From Salpingoeca rosetta (lineage: Eukaryota; Protista; Choanoflagellata), in contig JAWQFM010000018.1 of the NCBI GenBank assembly GCA_033442325.1, forward strand, positions 698,617 through 762,616: a stretch of DNA of 64,000 nt. Reading direction: 5' to 3'. Both the position numbers and the translations under genes were made by a program. The number at the start of each line of letters is the position of its first letter. Position 1 is the stretch's first letter. A model generated the notes under the pieces. It was not told the DNA's origin and did no database searches. It was given only the letters and a program-made list of their open reading frames with translations. This document shows positions 1-23,914 of this stretch, piece by piece.

Positions 1-74
1 TCTTGAGGAGCGCGATGGCCGCTGCCTTTGTTTCGGCCGCCGTGTTTGCACTCACTGGCTTCCCATTTCCGCCT

Positions 75-110
<36 letters not shown>

Positions 111-452
111 GGCTGTTGATGCTGCTGTGGCTGCCGGTGGTGCTGGACAATGCCATCCCCATCATCGTCGTCGTCCTCCACCACCACAACACCATTGCGA
201 TCTCTGCCGGCCATGTCGATTGTTATGCAAAATCATTCACAACATTTCTGACGGTTCGGAAGCACATGGGTGTGCTGCCTCCTCCTCCTCTCCCCCCCCC
301 CCTCTCTCCCCCTCTCTATCTCTCTCCCCCTCTCTCTCCTTGTGTCTGCATCATGGCGCTAGGTGTGATGCACACGGCTCAGGGCCAAAGCATGGCTGCA
401 TTGACTGTGAACCGGTGCGACAAGAGACATGTGCGCGACGCGTGGTGGTCGC

Positions 453-1213
453 ATGGTGTGGGTGCTTGTGGTGGTGGCGACGCTGACGCCGCCGCTGCTG
501 CTGTTGTCCATGCTGCCGTTCCCGCCGGCGTGTGCCGAGCTACCACCGCTGGAAGAGGAGCCGGAGATGCCCGACTTCAACCTCGGCGACTTTGACACAA
601 GGGTGCGCCTCCCCATCCCGCAGTTTATCAAGGACGAGCTTCCACAAGACCTGCTGGACAAGCTCACAGACGAAGACATCCTCGCCATTTCATCGCGGCA
701 ACTGTGCGTGTCTGTGAATGTATGTATGTGTATGTGTGTGTGCGTCGGTGCGTGCGTGTATGTATCTGTGTGTATTTGTTTGCGTGTGTGTGTGTGTGTG
801 TTTACATCTTTGCTCACCCACGCACACCTCACGCTCACGTCAATGCACGCACACGCACACTTCCTCGCCCAGGGCGCGGACAAGTGGTATGGAAATGGTG
901 CCACGCGACGGAAGACAGGTGTGCATGCATGTGCGTTGGTGTGTGTGTGTGTGTGTGTGTAAATGTAGTGTACAGGTTGTTGCGTTGCTTTGGCTTTTCC
1001 AACTTCCTTGCAGACATGCACCCAAGCTCACGGAAGCCATTTCCACGCTGCGTGAACATGAACAAACCAACAGCGTCGGGAGTACAAGTTTGGCGAGTGC
1101 GAGACCATGGACATGAACAACGTGGACGACTGCGCCCAAGTCTGCATGCAGAGGGGCTACACCAGCGCAGCCTTTTACACCGCGTGCGTTTCTGTGTGTG
1201 TGTGCGTGCGTGC

Positions 1214-1302
<89 letters not shown>

Positions 1303-2010
1303 CGTTGGTGTGTGTTTGTGTGTGTGTGTGTGTGTGCTGTATTTTACTGTGCCTCACATGCAGTGCCCGGTTCGCTGTTTGCGTGTTTCCGCCAATGCAG
1401 GTCGCCGTTCAATGTGTGCACGTGTAGCGTGAGTCCTTCTGGGTATTCCACGCACTACTGCGGCCCACAGCTCATGGCGCTGTTCCGGCCAAAGGGGTTC
1501 CCCCGCAGCTTCTACGGCCGATACATCAGGTGGGCGGAGGCAGCATGGTGGTTTGTATTTTGGGAAAGGGGGCGTGGTGTGGGGGTTTGATGCGTCATGG
1601 CTGTGTGCCGTCTGTCAGTATGGAGTGTGCCGCATCAGCAAAACTGTGATACACTCACTCACTCACTCTCACTCACTCACTCTTTCAGGACGAATGACGG
1701 GGCGCGGATTGCGGCGTCCGACATTCCCATGAGCGGGAGCGACTACAACGTGATGGACTTTGGCGCAGAGTGGCCCGCCAACATCTCGCTGGGAGACCAC
1801 GGCTACCCCGTGTGGCCGAGCGAGGAAGAGCGCCTGGCGTTTATGGACGGCCTCAAGAACGGCAGCCCAGACGTCGTCGAGACCCCACCGCCACAAGCAG
1901 ATGACGACGCTGCTGCTGGCGATGGTGGTGGTGGCGATGGTGGTGGTGGAGATGACGATGCTGTTACTGCTGCGGGAGATGACGATGCCAGTGCGACAGA
2001 CGGAGGTTGA
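453..2010 (+). CDS. Multi-exon hypothetical secreted protein
   Basis: Signal-peptide-like start MVWVLVVVATLTPPLLLLSMLPFPPACA. Coding-like segments (LPPLEEEPEMPDFNLGDF.., MDMNNVDDCAQVCMQRGYTSAAFY, YSTHYCGPQLMALFRP, TNDGARIAASDIP..DGG*) are separated by GT/CA-repeat introns. Confidence 0.6.
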
Positions 2011-2034
2011 CCAGTGCGCTTCTGTGTGTGCGTG

Positions 2035-2072
<38 letters not shown>

Positions 2073-2554
2073 GTTGTGTGTGTGTGTGGTGTGTGTGTTG
2101 TGTGTTGTGTGTGGTGTGTGTGTGTGTTGTGTTTTGGTGTGTTCAAACTTTTTGCGGCAGACATTAAACACGAGTTTTTCCGAGAAGGGTTTAAAAAGGC
2201 AAAATCCAGCACTCAAGGCAGCGATCCGTGGCTCAAGGGTTATCGCAAGCTTCTGCAATCGAAAAGTGGATTCCCATCTTCTTTCCGCCCTCCCTTGAGC
2301 GATATTCGATCGCCCTTTTTTTTTTTTTTTTTTCTTCTTGCCTCACACGGCTGCATCATCCACCCACGCGCCACTCATTTGACACGCATCACACAAGCCA
2401 CACGAGGAGTATGACTCTGCGACTGGGGTGGGGTTCGTTTACTTCTTCAATACGGCAGTCGTTTTGTTTGTTTCACTTGCATGTTACAACTGCAGCATAA
2501 ACACAACGCAGACACGTACACACGCACACACAGACACAGACACACACACGCATA

Positions 2555-3103
2555 TCATGTGTGAAAGTGAGTGAGCGAGGTGCGGCGGCTGCGGCGGGAG
2601 TGAGAGGATGGCGGGGCGGAGTCAACGCTGGCCTCGGGAAAAATGACGCGGTAGTTGAGCTTGGATCGCGTGCTTGCAGGCACACGCTGCAGCACAAGCC
2701 GGATGACGGGTTCCCGCTCCGTCTCCTCTCGCAACCGCGCCAACGCCTGCTCCCGCGACAGCCCACACAGGCTCTCCTCGTTTGCCTAACCAGGCATGGT
2801 GTGCAACAAAGGGGGAGCAACATGTGAGGAGAGTCATGGAGAAGCTGTGGGCAGTATACTATGGACAGCACAACGGCGTTCATTGAACTTGACAATTCGA
2901 ACATCAAGAGTTGTTCTTCGAGTCTCACACATGTTTCTGTATGCACATGAACACACACACATGAACACACACATGAACACACACACACAGACACATGAAC
3001 ACACAGACACGTGAACACACATGAACACACACATGAACACACACATGAACACACACACGCATGAACACTCACACATGAACACACACACATGAACACACAC
3101 ATG

Positions 3104-3136
<33 letters not shown>

Positions 3137-3313
3137 TCAAGATGATGTCGCCTGGTTGAAGGATGGCGTGCTCGTCACTGGTGGTGGACGCACCCTGCCG
3201 TTGCCGCGCCACAATGCACGCCACCCACGCCGGTGATCCAGGCAACACCTCCCTGCACAGCAGTCGAAGCACAGCAGGGTCAGAAAGAGCGTGCACACAG
3301 GTGCAAAACGGGA

Positions 3314-3359
<46 letters not shown>

Positions 3360-4184
3360 ATCATGGTTGTCGTTGTCTAACACCCAAACGCATGCCCACA
3401 TGCACGCAACGCCAAACGTACCGCACAACCACAGCGACTTTGGATGAATACGCCGACATGTTTGGTCGCTCCGCAGTGAGGATACCAAGTCGACCTGTGC
3501 AGAGGGCATCGAGGCCAAGAGAAGTGAGCATACAAACAAGTACAACGCTCACAGCACGAATGCACATGCAGACACACACAGACACACACACACGCACACA
3601 TGCACAAAAGTGCACAACACAACTCACCACACACTAACACACACAACACAACTCAACACAACTCACCACACCACAACACACACCACATCACACAAACACA
3701 CACATGCATGCAGAATCTCACCGCATGGCCCAAGCTCGAGTGTGACGGTGTAGGTGGAGGAGCCACGCTCGTGCACACTGCCTTGGTGGCTGAACTTCTT
3801 GGGTGACCGCCCGAGCGGCAGCAGCCGACTGTACCCTTTCATCATGGGCGCTGTTGTCAGAGGGGGGACGGCAGAAAATGAGAACAGCGTCACATAACGA
3901 ACGTGGGGGGGGGGTTGAGATCATGCACACAAACCGACAGAGCAACCAAGCAAGCAAGTAAGCATCGATCTGTTTTTCTCGCACACAAACGCACACGCAC
4001 ACACACGCACACACACACACACACACACTCTCTCTCTCTCTGTTTTGGCGGGAAAGCACGAAAGAACAAAAGGTGCGTGTTCGTGTCACCGTGTGGCGCT
4101 TGTTCGTGCCACCATCCACATAATGTAACATCACGCCACACGCCAAACACACACAGCACACACACACAGCACACACACACACAC

Positions 4185-4230
<46 letters not shown>

Positions 4231-4300
4231 CCTGCTCACCTGGCTTGTCAGCTGCCGCGGATGGCGGCGATGGCGCCCCTTTGAACCCGACCTTGAACAT
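2555..4300 (-). CDS. Multi-exon PDZ-domain-like protein
   Basis: Exons read EVLPGSPAWVA..LQPGDIILK, then ANEESLCGLSREQALARLRE..VIRLVLQR. This matches the PDZ consensus (GSPA..GD.IL.V..SL.G.S.E.A...L). The start at MFKVGFKG (4300) is tentative. Confidence 0.65.
2945..3132. repeat. Intronic minisatellite (ATGAACACACAC)n grading into (CA)n
   Basis: Directly visible tandem 12-14 bp units. Confidence 0.85.
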
Positions 4301-4484
4301 GTTCTTGCCTCCTTTTGCTCAAAAATAGATAGCCACCGCTCTGCTCCGCTCGAAAACCGTCACAGCTCACCGCCTTCACACAGATGGCACGGCGCTTTGC
4401 TGAAAAGAAGAGCACGAACAGAACGCACGCTCCAACGAAACAATGGAACAATGAAACTGTGTCTGATTGATGATCCCGCTTCCA

Positions 4485-4538
4485 GCTTGCAGGCTTGCTT
4501 GCAGGCTTGCTTGCAGGCTTGCTTGCAGGCTTGCTTGC
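4485..4538. repeat. 12-bp tandem repeat (GCAGGCTTGCTT)x4
   Basis: Directly visible upstream of the PDZ gene. Confidence 0.85.
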
Positions 4539-5041
4539 ACGCTTGTTGTTGTTGTTCGTTCCAAACCCGTGTTTGGAAACGGTAACCCGTAGAACCGTGG
4601 TGTGTTGAGCTGACTGGCTGGTGGTGCGGTGTGCTATGGTGTGAACTGTTGTTTGTGCGTGTGTGTGTGTGTGTTTGTGTGTGGCAAGATATGGCGCACA
4701 CACACCACGCACCACCATCACAACCTCACACACACGAACCAACCAATTCGGCAAGCAACCCGCGACGCGCTTGAAATCGCACGCATTCCAAAAACGGCAA
4801 GAGCCGAAAATTTATGTAAGATTTAGGACAACTATGCACATCGAATGGTGGCGAAGAGGAGCACGCGACACACCGAGTGACGCCATTCTAATCGAGGCGA
4901 GGGGAGGAGACAAGTGAAGAAGAGAGAAAAAGTGCAACACACCAGACCACCACTTGTTGTGAATGGCACCTGAACTTCTTGTCTGCCTGTTGCTTGTAAC
5001 TCCACACCCTTCACACACCTTTACACACTCTCTCCGAGCTC

Positions 5042-16435
<11,394 letters not shown>

Positions 16436-16750
16436 CAAACCGGAGTTGTTGCTTCTGCTCCTGTTCCCGCTCCTGCTCCTGCTTCTGCTTTTGCTCCTTG
16501 GTTGAGTTCCTGTTCCTTGGTTGATCCTTGCTGCGACGACGACACCTCCTTCCCTCACCTGTGAATGACTCTCCTCTCGCCTCACTTTGCTTGCCTGCTC
16601 CCCTTCGCTCTCGCTCCCTTGCTTGCTTGTCTCGCCCTCCTCACCCATGCGTGTGTGTGTTTTGGCGATACGCCACTGCCATCGCCACTTTTTCGATGCA
16701 TGCAAGCAACCTGCGGCCTTGATCCTGTTGCTGGTGCGACGCGCATTTTG

Positions 16751-17011
16751 CTACGCAAACGTCGCGCGAGGCGCACAGTGGCTGTGGGCAACAGCACCAC
16801 CCACGCCAAAGAACGAAAAACGCCCAGAAATCGCATTTACGACACCATAAACAGGAGTGAGACCAGCCATGGGAAGCGGCGACCCTACTAGGTGAGGATC
16901 GCTCGTGTTGATGTGAAACGCGCCCGCGCCGTCCTCCTCCAGCACCACGGTCCCTGGGCACACGCGACACAGCGCTCCCACCACAAAGATCGCCAGCAGA
17001 CCTCGTATCAT
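16751..17011 (-). other. Short signal-peptide ORF, possible gene fragment or pseudogene
   Basis: MIRGLLAIFVVGALCRVCPGTVVLEEDGAGAFHINTSDP.. has a hydrophobic leader followed by a short mature part. No downstream exons identified. Confidence 0.25.
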
Positions 17012-17939
17012 GACTGATGGTGGGAGAGTGGGTGGGTGGTGTTTTGGTGAAAACGGACGATTGGCGATGTGCTCAGTGGGGCTTCTTGGATCTTGACTCT
17101 GTTCTTCTGTTGAAGCGTTCAGAGAGGGTTGTCCAGAAGTCCGGATGTTGTGGGTGCTCCACACAAGAGCACGCAGAGCACGCAGACGTTCCATGACATA
17201 GAGCTGAGAGAGTTGGGACAGCTCGCTCCTCGTGCCACTTCCAATCCTCACAACTGGCATCCGGACCAAGTTTGCCGTCAAATCGAAGCACGGAGATGTG
17301 TTGTGAGAGCACGATGTCCTCCGCGCACAAAACAAGCGTCAATTCGTTCATCGCAAAAGATGGCGTCAGTGAAGTTGGCTAGTTGGAGGAGAGGCGTCCG
17401 CGATGGTCCACGGAGATCCACAACACCCGAAACACGGTCTGGTCAGCGTTCCAACATCAACGCTGCAGCGTAGATAGCCACTAATGGACGGCAGGGGCGT
17501 GAGGTTGGTGGTGGTTGCTGAGATTGGCAGCTTGCTTGCAGCTGCGCAGGTTCGGAACCTCTCCTTGTACTGCGACACGATGCTGGTCATGCTCGTCAAA
17601 GAAGCTGTGACGCACACGCCGTCAGCACTCAGCCACAAACGCGTGGATATGACGGGTGACAGACATGCTCATCCCACAGCAGACCAAGATCTTGTGCACC
17701 CTTCTTCATCTGTTGTGGATGTGACAATAGACAATGATGGAATGATGCGACGGTGAGGGGAAGGGATGCACAGTGGCGCGAGATGGACAACGACGCGGTC
17801 GCTAGCGAAGACACTTGCGTGAGCCATCACACACACACGCAACACACACACACACACACATACATGGAAGCATACAGTGCGTACCTGAACAAGGTCTGGT
17901 GCTGCGTTCATCGCATGCCACGCCAACAGAATCCTGCTC

Positions 17940-19191
17940 CTAGCAGTCCTGTGGCCTTGCCGAGTGTCGTAAAGGATCTGTACACGAAATGTAGCTAATG
18001 GAGCAACAGCCATCAATGTCCACAACTACAAGTTCCACATCCTCATGACCCCTGAACCTGTGCGTGAGAACACAAGTGACTGTACATGTAAGGATGTGCT
18101 GCGTCCGCTCACATTATGAATAGGGTCAAAGGGCTAAAGGGTTATCCAGTCACACACACGCGCGCACGCACACACACACACACACAACCACACACAAACA
18201 CGCACACACACACACACACAACACACCAACACACGCGCACGCACACGCACACGCACACAAAACGCACGCACACGCATACAACACGCACGCACACGCATAC
18301 AACACGCACGCACACGCACACGCACGCGCACACACACAAACGCGCGCACACACACACGCACACACATTCGCAAGCACACAAAAACATTGCCTCACCGAGC
18401 AAGGACGAAGTCTGCTTGTGGGAGACACTCGATGTCTACCACACCATCGTGATGCGCAAGTATGGTGCACAGCTCGTGCAGACCCATGGGATACGCGACA
18501 ATGCGCACGTCAAGTCCCTGCTGTCGGAGTTGTGCCCACCACGTCAGCGCTGCTGTCCTTGGGTCTGCTCGTGGGATTGTTGCTGCTCACACCGCCGAGA
18601 GGCATCTGCTGCCGTGCTTGCTGTAGGCACCTCAACCCCCTTGCCTTGCAACCAACCGTGTTGATCCGTGTGTGGATGTAGTGTGTATGTGGATGTATGT
18701 GGGTGCACGAAAATGCGTGATAGACAGAGAGACAGGGGGAGTGTGTGTGTACGAGAGTGTGTGGAGTGTGTGTGTATGAGTGTATGTGTTTGTGAGTGCG
18801 AGTGATAGAGAGTGTGTGAGACAGGCAGACAGAGCGAGAGAGTATGTGTTTGTGAGTGAGTGGACGGCGCGTGCTTCCTTGCTCGCATGCAAGCACGTAC
18901 AAACACAGGACGTGGGCGCATACGCATACACCGAGGTAAGGCACTCACATAGTGGTTGCATCCATGGAACACAGCGACGGCTGTGAAAGCACGTAACACA
19001 CCATCCTTGCTCTTGAACATGGTTCCCGGTTTCAAGTCCGCATATGCCTGCTGGAGCATCTGCGAGATGCGCCGCTGGGTTGCTTGGTGTGCCGCCTCTG
19101 CAGTTCGCTGCATCGTCATGAGAACAAAGATCACTGCCCTGCAGAAGAGAGCATGCAAACGCACGCAGTTAGTATGGGCAGAGATTCCCAT
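17940..19191 (-). CDS. Multi-exon hypothetical protein
   Basis: Coding-like exons MQRTAEAAHQATQRRISQMLQQAYADLKPGTMFKSKDG.., DVRIVAYPMGLHELCTILAHHDG.., and FRGHEDVELVVVDIDGCCSISYISC..* are separated by repeat-rich introns. Start is uncertain. Confidence 0.45.
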
Positions 19192-19746
19192 GTTGACAGT
19201 GTGGAGGAGGTGAGGCACGAGGAACGTGGCAGAGACAGGTGTGTGTGTGCACAGGGGCAGAGAGAGAGAGAGTGTGTGTGTGTGTGTGACAGAGAGTGAG
19301 TGTGTGTGTGAGAGTGAGAGACAGAGAGTGAGTGAGAGAGCGAGTGAGAGTGAGTGAGAGTGAGTGTGAGAGAGTGAAGGTGAGTGAGAGAGTGAGCGAG
19401 AGAGTGAGTGACACACACACACACACACACACGCACAGACACACACACTCACTCACACACCAACAGCACTGACCTGCTGGCTCAACTCAAAAGTGTGCAG
19501 TTTGATGATGTTCAAAGTGGGTGTGGGGGTCAAGGGGATGAGCTCGAATGTGAGTGCGTTTAGCCAAACGGTGGTGGGCGGGAACCTTTTTCAACTGGTC
19601 CACACAAAAACCATTTCATTGTTGACGAAAGCCAGAGGCGAAAGAAGTGTTTCCGTTTTGTGGGTGTGTTTTTTTTTTTTGGGTGTTTGTGGGTTTATTG
19701 GGGAAAACTCGCTGAAATCTTACACTGCTCCCAGCGCTCAAAGATG

Positions 19747-19776
19747 CTGGGGGGCGACACTGACCCGCGAATTTTT
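19747..19776 (+). repeat. Left terminal inverted repeat (30 bp)
   Basis: Exact reverse complement of 29937-29966. Confidence 0.95.
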
Positions 19777-20002
19777 CAAATGACCCGACCGCGGGCCCTC
19801 AAATTGGTCGCGGTCACAGATCGTTCATAAAAGTCTGCATTCACCTTGTGCTGTCGGTAGCTTCGTCGGCTCTTGCGTGCACGACAACAACCGCAACCAC
19901 TTTCGACCACACACACGAGCACGAACCCAAACCAACAAGCGCGTCGTTTGGTGACGAACCAGCACTTTGACCCGTAACACCACAGCAACTTGACACGACA
20001 AC

Positions 20003-20806
20003 ATGGACCCTGTGATGCTTCGCAGCCGTAGTGCCGGACACAGTGCGCAGCAGTTGCTACCATTGTGCGACCAATTCGACGAGTTCATGACTCACGTCCA
20101 CCGCACACTCGGTGGTGCGTGTTCCAATATGACATTCACATTCTATGGACAGGCAACCAAGCTCGACCGATACTCATACGCATACCTGAAGCGGGTTCGT
20201 GCAGAAGCCCGTGTCGTCGAGTACGACGCACGACCTGACATCGTCATGACAGCAATTTCTCAGACCACGCCTGCAACAGCACCAGCCACCCTTCAGATTG
20301 ACCTGTCCGATGACGAAGACGAGTCCCACGAAGGCGAAGCGGCAAGCACAGACAGCACCTGTGCAGCACAGCCGATCTCGCGCTTGGATCAGCAACAGCC
20401 ATCAATCACCCAGTCGGAGTTGTTGTCGTCATTGGCGCCGTTTGTTCTCAAACGCGTTCGCTATGCGACAACTCTGCACGCGCCCAGACAGTCGACACCT
20501 CTTACAATCATGTCCCTCACCTCCAATCGGCTTCCCTCCGTGTGTCGGCTTGTGTTGTGCCAGCTACCATTGACTCGCACTTTGCAGCGCATTCAAACAG
20601 ACGTGAGGGCTGTTTTCATGGAAGACAGCGAGGTCCCTGCTGTAGCTGCCATGCCACTCAGGTATTTTGTTGTGAGTTGGAGGGTGGGACAGTCGATTGA
20701 TATTCTTTCGTGCGTGAGGGGACGCTGCGCCGTATGCGAGCTCGAGGGTGAGGTTCGGCTTCCCTATCATTGTGCGTGTTGCAAATCGAAGTTTGCTCAT
20801 TCTTAA
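20003..20806 (+). CDS. Transposon ORF1: 267-aa accessory protein with C-terminal Cys/His cluster
   Basis: Intronless ORF inside the TIRs ending CAVC..YHCACCKSKF. The stop lies 18 bp before the transposase ATG. Confidence 0.65.
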   Translation: MDPVMLRSRSAGHSAQQLLPLCDQFDEFMTHVHRTLGGACSNMTFTFYGQATKLDRYSYAYLKRVRAEARVVEYDARPDIVMTAISQTTPATAPATLQIDLSDDEDESHEGEAASTDSTCAAQPISRLDQQQPSITQSELLSSLAPFVLKRVRYATTLHAPRQSTPLTIMSLTSNRLPSVCRLVLCQLPLTRTLQRIQTDVRAVFMEDSEVPAVAAMPLRYFVVSWRVGQSIDILSCVRGRCAVCELEGEVRLPYHCACCKSKFAHS

Positions 20807-20824
20807 GCACTCACATCGTGAACA

Positions 20825-23235
20825 ATGTCGCTTGATATGGTTAGGTACTCCAGGAATCAGATTGATTGGCAGACAACCTTACAGCACCAACCGGCACAGG
20901 AAGACTTCCCCATGGACAGCGTCCGTATATCCATGGCTATGCGGGCATCCTTGGCGGCCGCTCTCGGTGCATGTGGTACAATTTTTTTCACGATGGCCGG
21001 ACCAGACACGGATGCGAACGTGGTTTCATTGGCTACCCTCGATACCGCAAGGGTGCGCGTGCACGATTCATTGCACCAGCATGCCATCTTTGTGTCGCAT
21101 GAGTCGTTTTTGGGCTTGTTTCGGCTTGCTCAGAAAGATCGCTACATGACATGCAAGGTGACCGTGTCAGACCAGCTTGTGCAGGGAGAGGGCTTTGGCC
21201 AGAGCCTGAGTGACGATGGTCGCATGGACTGTGATGACGACGATGATGCTGGATGCGACAGCGATGAAGACAGCACGGCACACATCGGTGCCATCTCTGC
21301 TGCCACCACGACGCCATCAACAACGACAACACCACCCGTGTGCCAGGACGCACCCGCCACCGCTGCCACCACTGCTGTCACCACGACGCCATCAATAACG
21401 ACAACACCACCCGTGTGCCAGGTCGCACCCGCCACTGCTGCCACCACTGCTGTCACCACGACGCCATCAATAACGACAACACCACCCGTGTGCCAGGTCG
21501 CACCCGCCACTGCTGCCACCACTGCTGTCACCACGACGCCATCAACAACGACAACATCATCACCAGCGCAGTCGGGCAGACGACTAACCGAGGCAGAGAT
21601 ACGTCACCGTCTCAACATTCACGGGCTGATCCTCAAGCGCACACGGTTGCACAAAGGCTACCCAGTCTACACGTGTGTTTGCAAAAAGTGCGGCGAGCTG
21701 CAGCAGCTCCATTCTGTTGCCCCGACAAAGCTTGGGCGGCATAGATCTCGTTGTCACAAGCGGACTGGAGGAATGCGGCAGCTAAACATATTCCAAGTGG
21801 CAAGGGCTGCAGAGACAGCTGTTCGCACCAAGCGCATCGCCCCGTCCCTGCATGTGCTGCGTCGATTTCTGCATGCTGAACTTGATTGTCTGCAAGTGAT
21901 CAACGAAGTAAACGAAGACAGCTCGTATATGCCAAGTCACCTTGCCATCCTGTATTCTACAATGGAAGATGGGATGCCCTCGGTTATGAGAGAATGGTTG
22001 TCTCTGGCTCTACATCGACATTTCGGGGCAACTCTGCCAACAGCCAGGGTTCCGCAAACGCCCGCACTGAACATGCTAGCAGCAAGTGTGTATGCAGGGA
22101 TCAAGCCTTACACAGCAATGCGCAATGCAGGCATTCCGCTGCCGTCCGAGCGAACGATGCAGAGGAATGCGCCCCTGCCTCGGTTTCAATCGGCCGTCGA
22201 TGATGAAGCTATTGCTAACGCATTGAGACTCCTCAGTATGGACGGCGCCACTGCGATTGACGGGTGCCTTTCGGTTGACGGCATGGCGTTGAGTTCTTGC
22301 GTGGAGTTTGTTCCCAGTTATGGCCAAGTCACTGGACTGTCCGACACGACCTCGGCAGAAGAGCTACGTGCGGCTGTGGAAGGCCAAAGCCTTGTGCAGT
22401 GGGTGCGCAGCGCGAAGCTCATACAGACAGCACACATTGCAGTCGTGACCACCCTCGACAGCACATTCTGTCTTCCAGTTGCCATCACGTACTCTCACCA
22501 GATGTCGGCGTGGGGTGACTTTCACCGCATGATAAGCTCGTTCTTGGACGGCATACATCGCTGCCTTCGGTGCATCGACGCCAAGTTGGAATGCAAGCTT
22601 GATCCAGTGTCTGCCACTTGCACTGCATGTGACACAGCAGGAACCCGTTGCATTTTCTTCAACATCGTGGCAATCTCCACTGATTCAGAAGCAGGGCAGC
22701 GCCGAGCCCTTCAAGAGGGCTTTCCGGGCATCACAAGCCTACTCGACGTTGGCCATGCCATCAAGTGTCTCCGGAATGCACTCGTCAACGCCTTCATCCG
22801 CCTCAGAGGGTTTCCAGTGAGCACTCGTATGCTAATCGGGCTGCTTCCACTTTCGACAGTGGTTCCCGCAGACAGAATGGCACACCTGCATGTGCGGCGC
22901 TTGCTTGATGCTGCCGAAGACCTGCCCTCAGGAAGCACCGTCGTCACACTGCACCCTGATCCGTTGTTAAACCAGAGCTGGTCATGCGGCATCATTGTGG
23001 CTCTGTGCTCGTGGGTGGATGCAGACTTCTTTGTTGATGACAATGGCCAGTTCTTTCGTGCACGGCGCATCTCGCGGCAGCCAGAACTCCTCTTCAAGTT
23101 TCAGCCTGGCCAGACCACCATCTCCAGAGCTGCTACTTATATATTTGTCATCGTTGATGGGCGAATCCATACTTTCGATGCCCGCTCTTCACGCTTCGTG
23201 CAAGTACACCTACATGCAGAAGAGGCCGGAGTTGT
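20825..23235 (+). CDS. P-element-like DDE transposase, 5' part (interrupted by LTR)
   Basis: Motifs LPSERTMQR, GCLSVDGM (first D), VAISTDSE (second D) and LLDVGHAIKCLRN (DxxHxxKxxRN). BED-like CVCKKC..LGRHRSRC upstream. Confidence 0.85.
21306..21557 (+). repeat. 75-bp coding tandem repeat (~3.3 copies) in the transposase N-terminal linker
   Basis: Unit starts at 21306, 21381, 21456 and 21531 and encodes TTTPSITTTPPVCQVAPATAATTAV. Confidence 0.9.
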
Positions 23236-23692
23236 TGTTGCAAGTTCATGGTGGTGGTGCTGTTGTTGGAGACTTGTGTGTGTGTGTGTGTGTGTGTGCT
23301 GTGTGTGCTGTGTGTGCAGAGTGTGCTGTGTGTTGTGTGGGAGATTGTCTTGGCAAGAGAGAGTTGTGTGTGTTTACTTGAGTTGTGAAGCAAACAAGGA
23401 TGTAGGATGAATGAACACTCCAACAGAAAGAAACAGAGCAGAAGACAAGAATTGTCGACAACGCAAAGTGGTGACGTGGCAGTGTTTGTTGAGAGTTGTG
23501 TGGTTATGTGGTGTGTTATGCAAGAGCATGCAACATCGAGCAACCACAGCACAAGCTAAACACTGCACGTGCAACAGGTTGGAGGGAAATCACGTGAACA
23601 TTCCAGAACACAAGAGAGGTGAGTGCAAATTTGTGGTGTCGTGAAGAAGGGAGGTCAATGATGACTCAGCAGACAGGACTTGCCTGTCAACA
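23236..23692 (-). repeat. 3' LTR (457 bp)
   Basis: TG..CA ends. Preceded on the minus strand by PPT AATGCGGGGGAG (23693-23704). Near-identical to 27517-27973. Confidence 0.93.
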
Positions 23693-23914
23693 CTCCCCCG
23701 CATTGACCTACCTCTCTGCTGCGTTGATGTTCTGAAACGTGATGAGCATGTGGATGATGTCATGCATGTAGGAATGGCATGGGCAGATGTAGGTGAGATG
23801 TGAGTAAGGACGTGTGTTGTGGAACACGTTTAAGAAAATGGTTGGTGCCTGTGGTGCGCAGCCTGTTGTGGAAGGCTGGCCCGAGTGAAGGCGTGTCCTG
23901 TGGTGCGCGGCCGC

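Noticed and set aside
2945-3110. CRISPR-like array
   Set aside because: Tandem minisatellite without unique spacers, inside a eukaryotic intron, with no cas genes.
17940-19191. tRNA-splicing endonuclease subunit assignment
   Set aside because: Only vague resemblance (LVVVDIDG..SY); catalytic motifs could not be confirmed by eye.
19500-19620. Older outer inverted repeat with 30050-30130
   Set aside because: Only about 10-bp matches (e.g. GCACTCACAT) in low-complexity sequence, with no TSD.
23236-23410. Cys/Val-rich 'C-terminus' of the 861-aa ORF (20825-23410)
   Set aside because: Readthrough into the LTR; the true continuation is at 27979.
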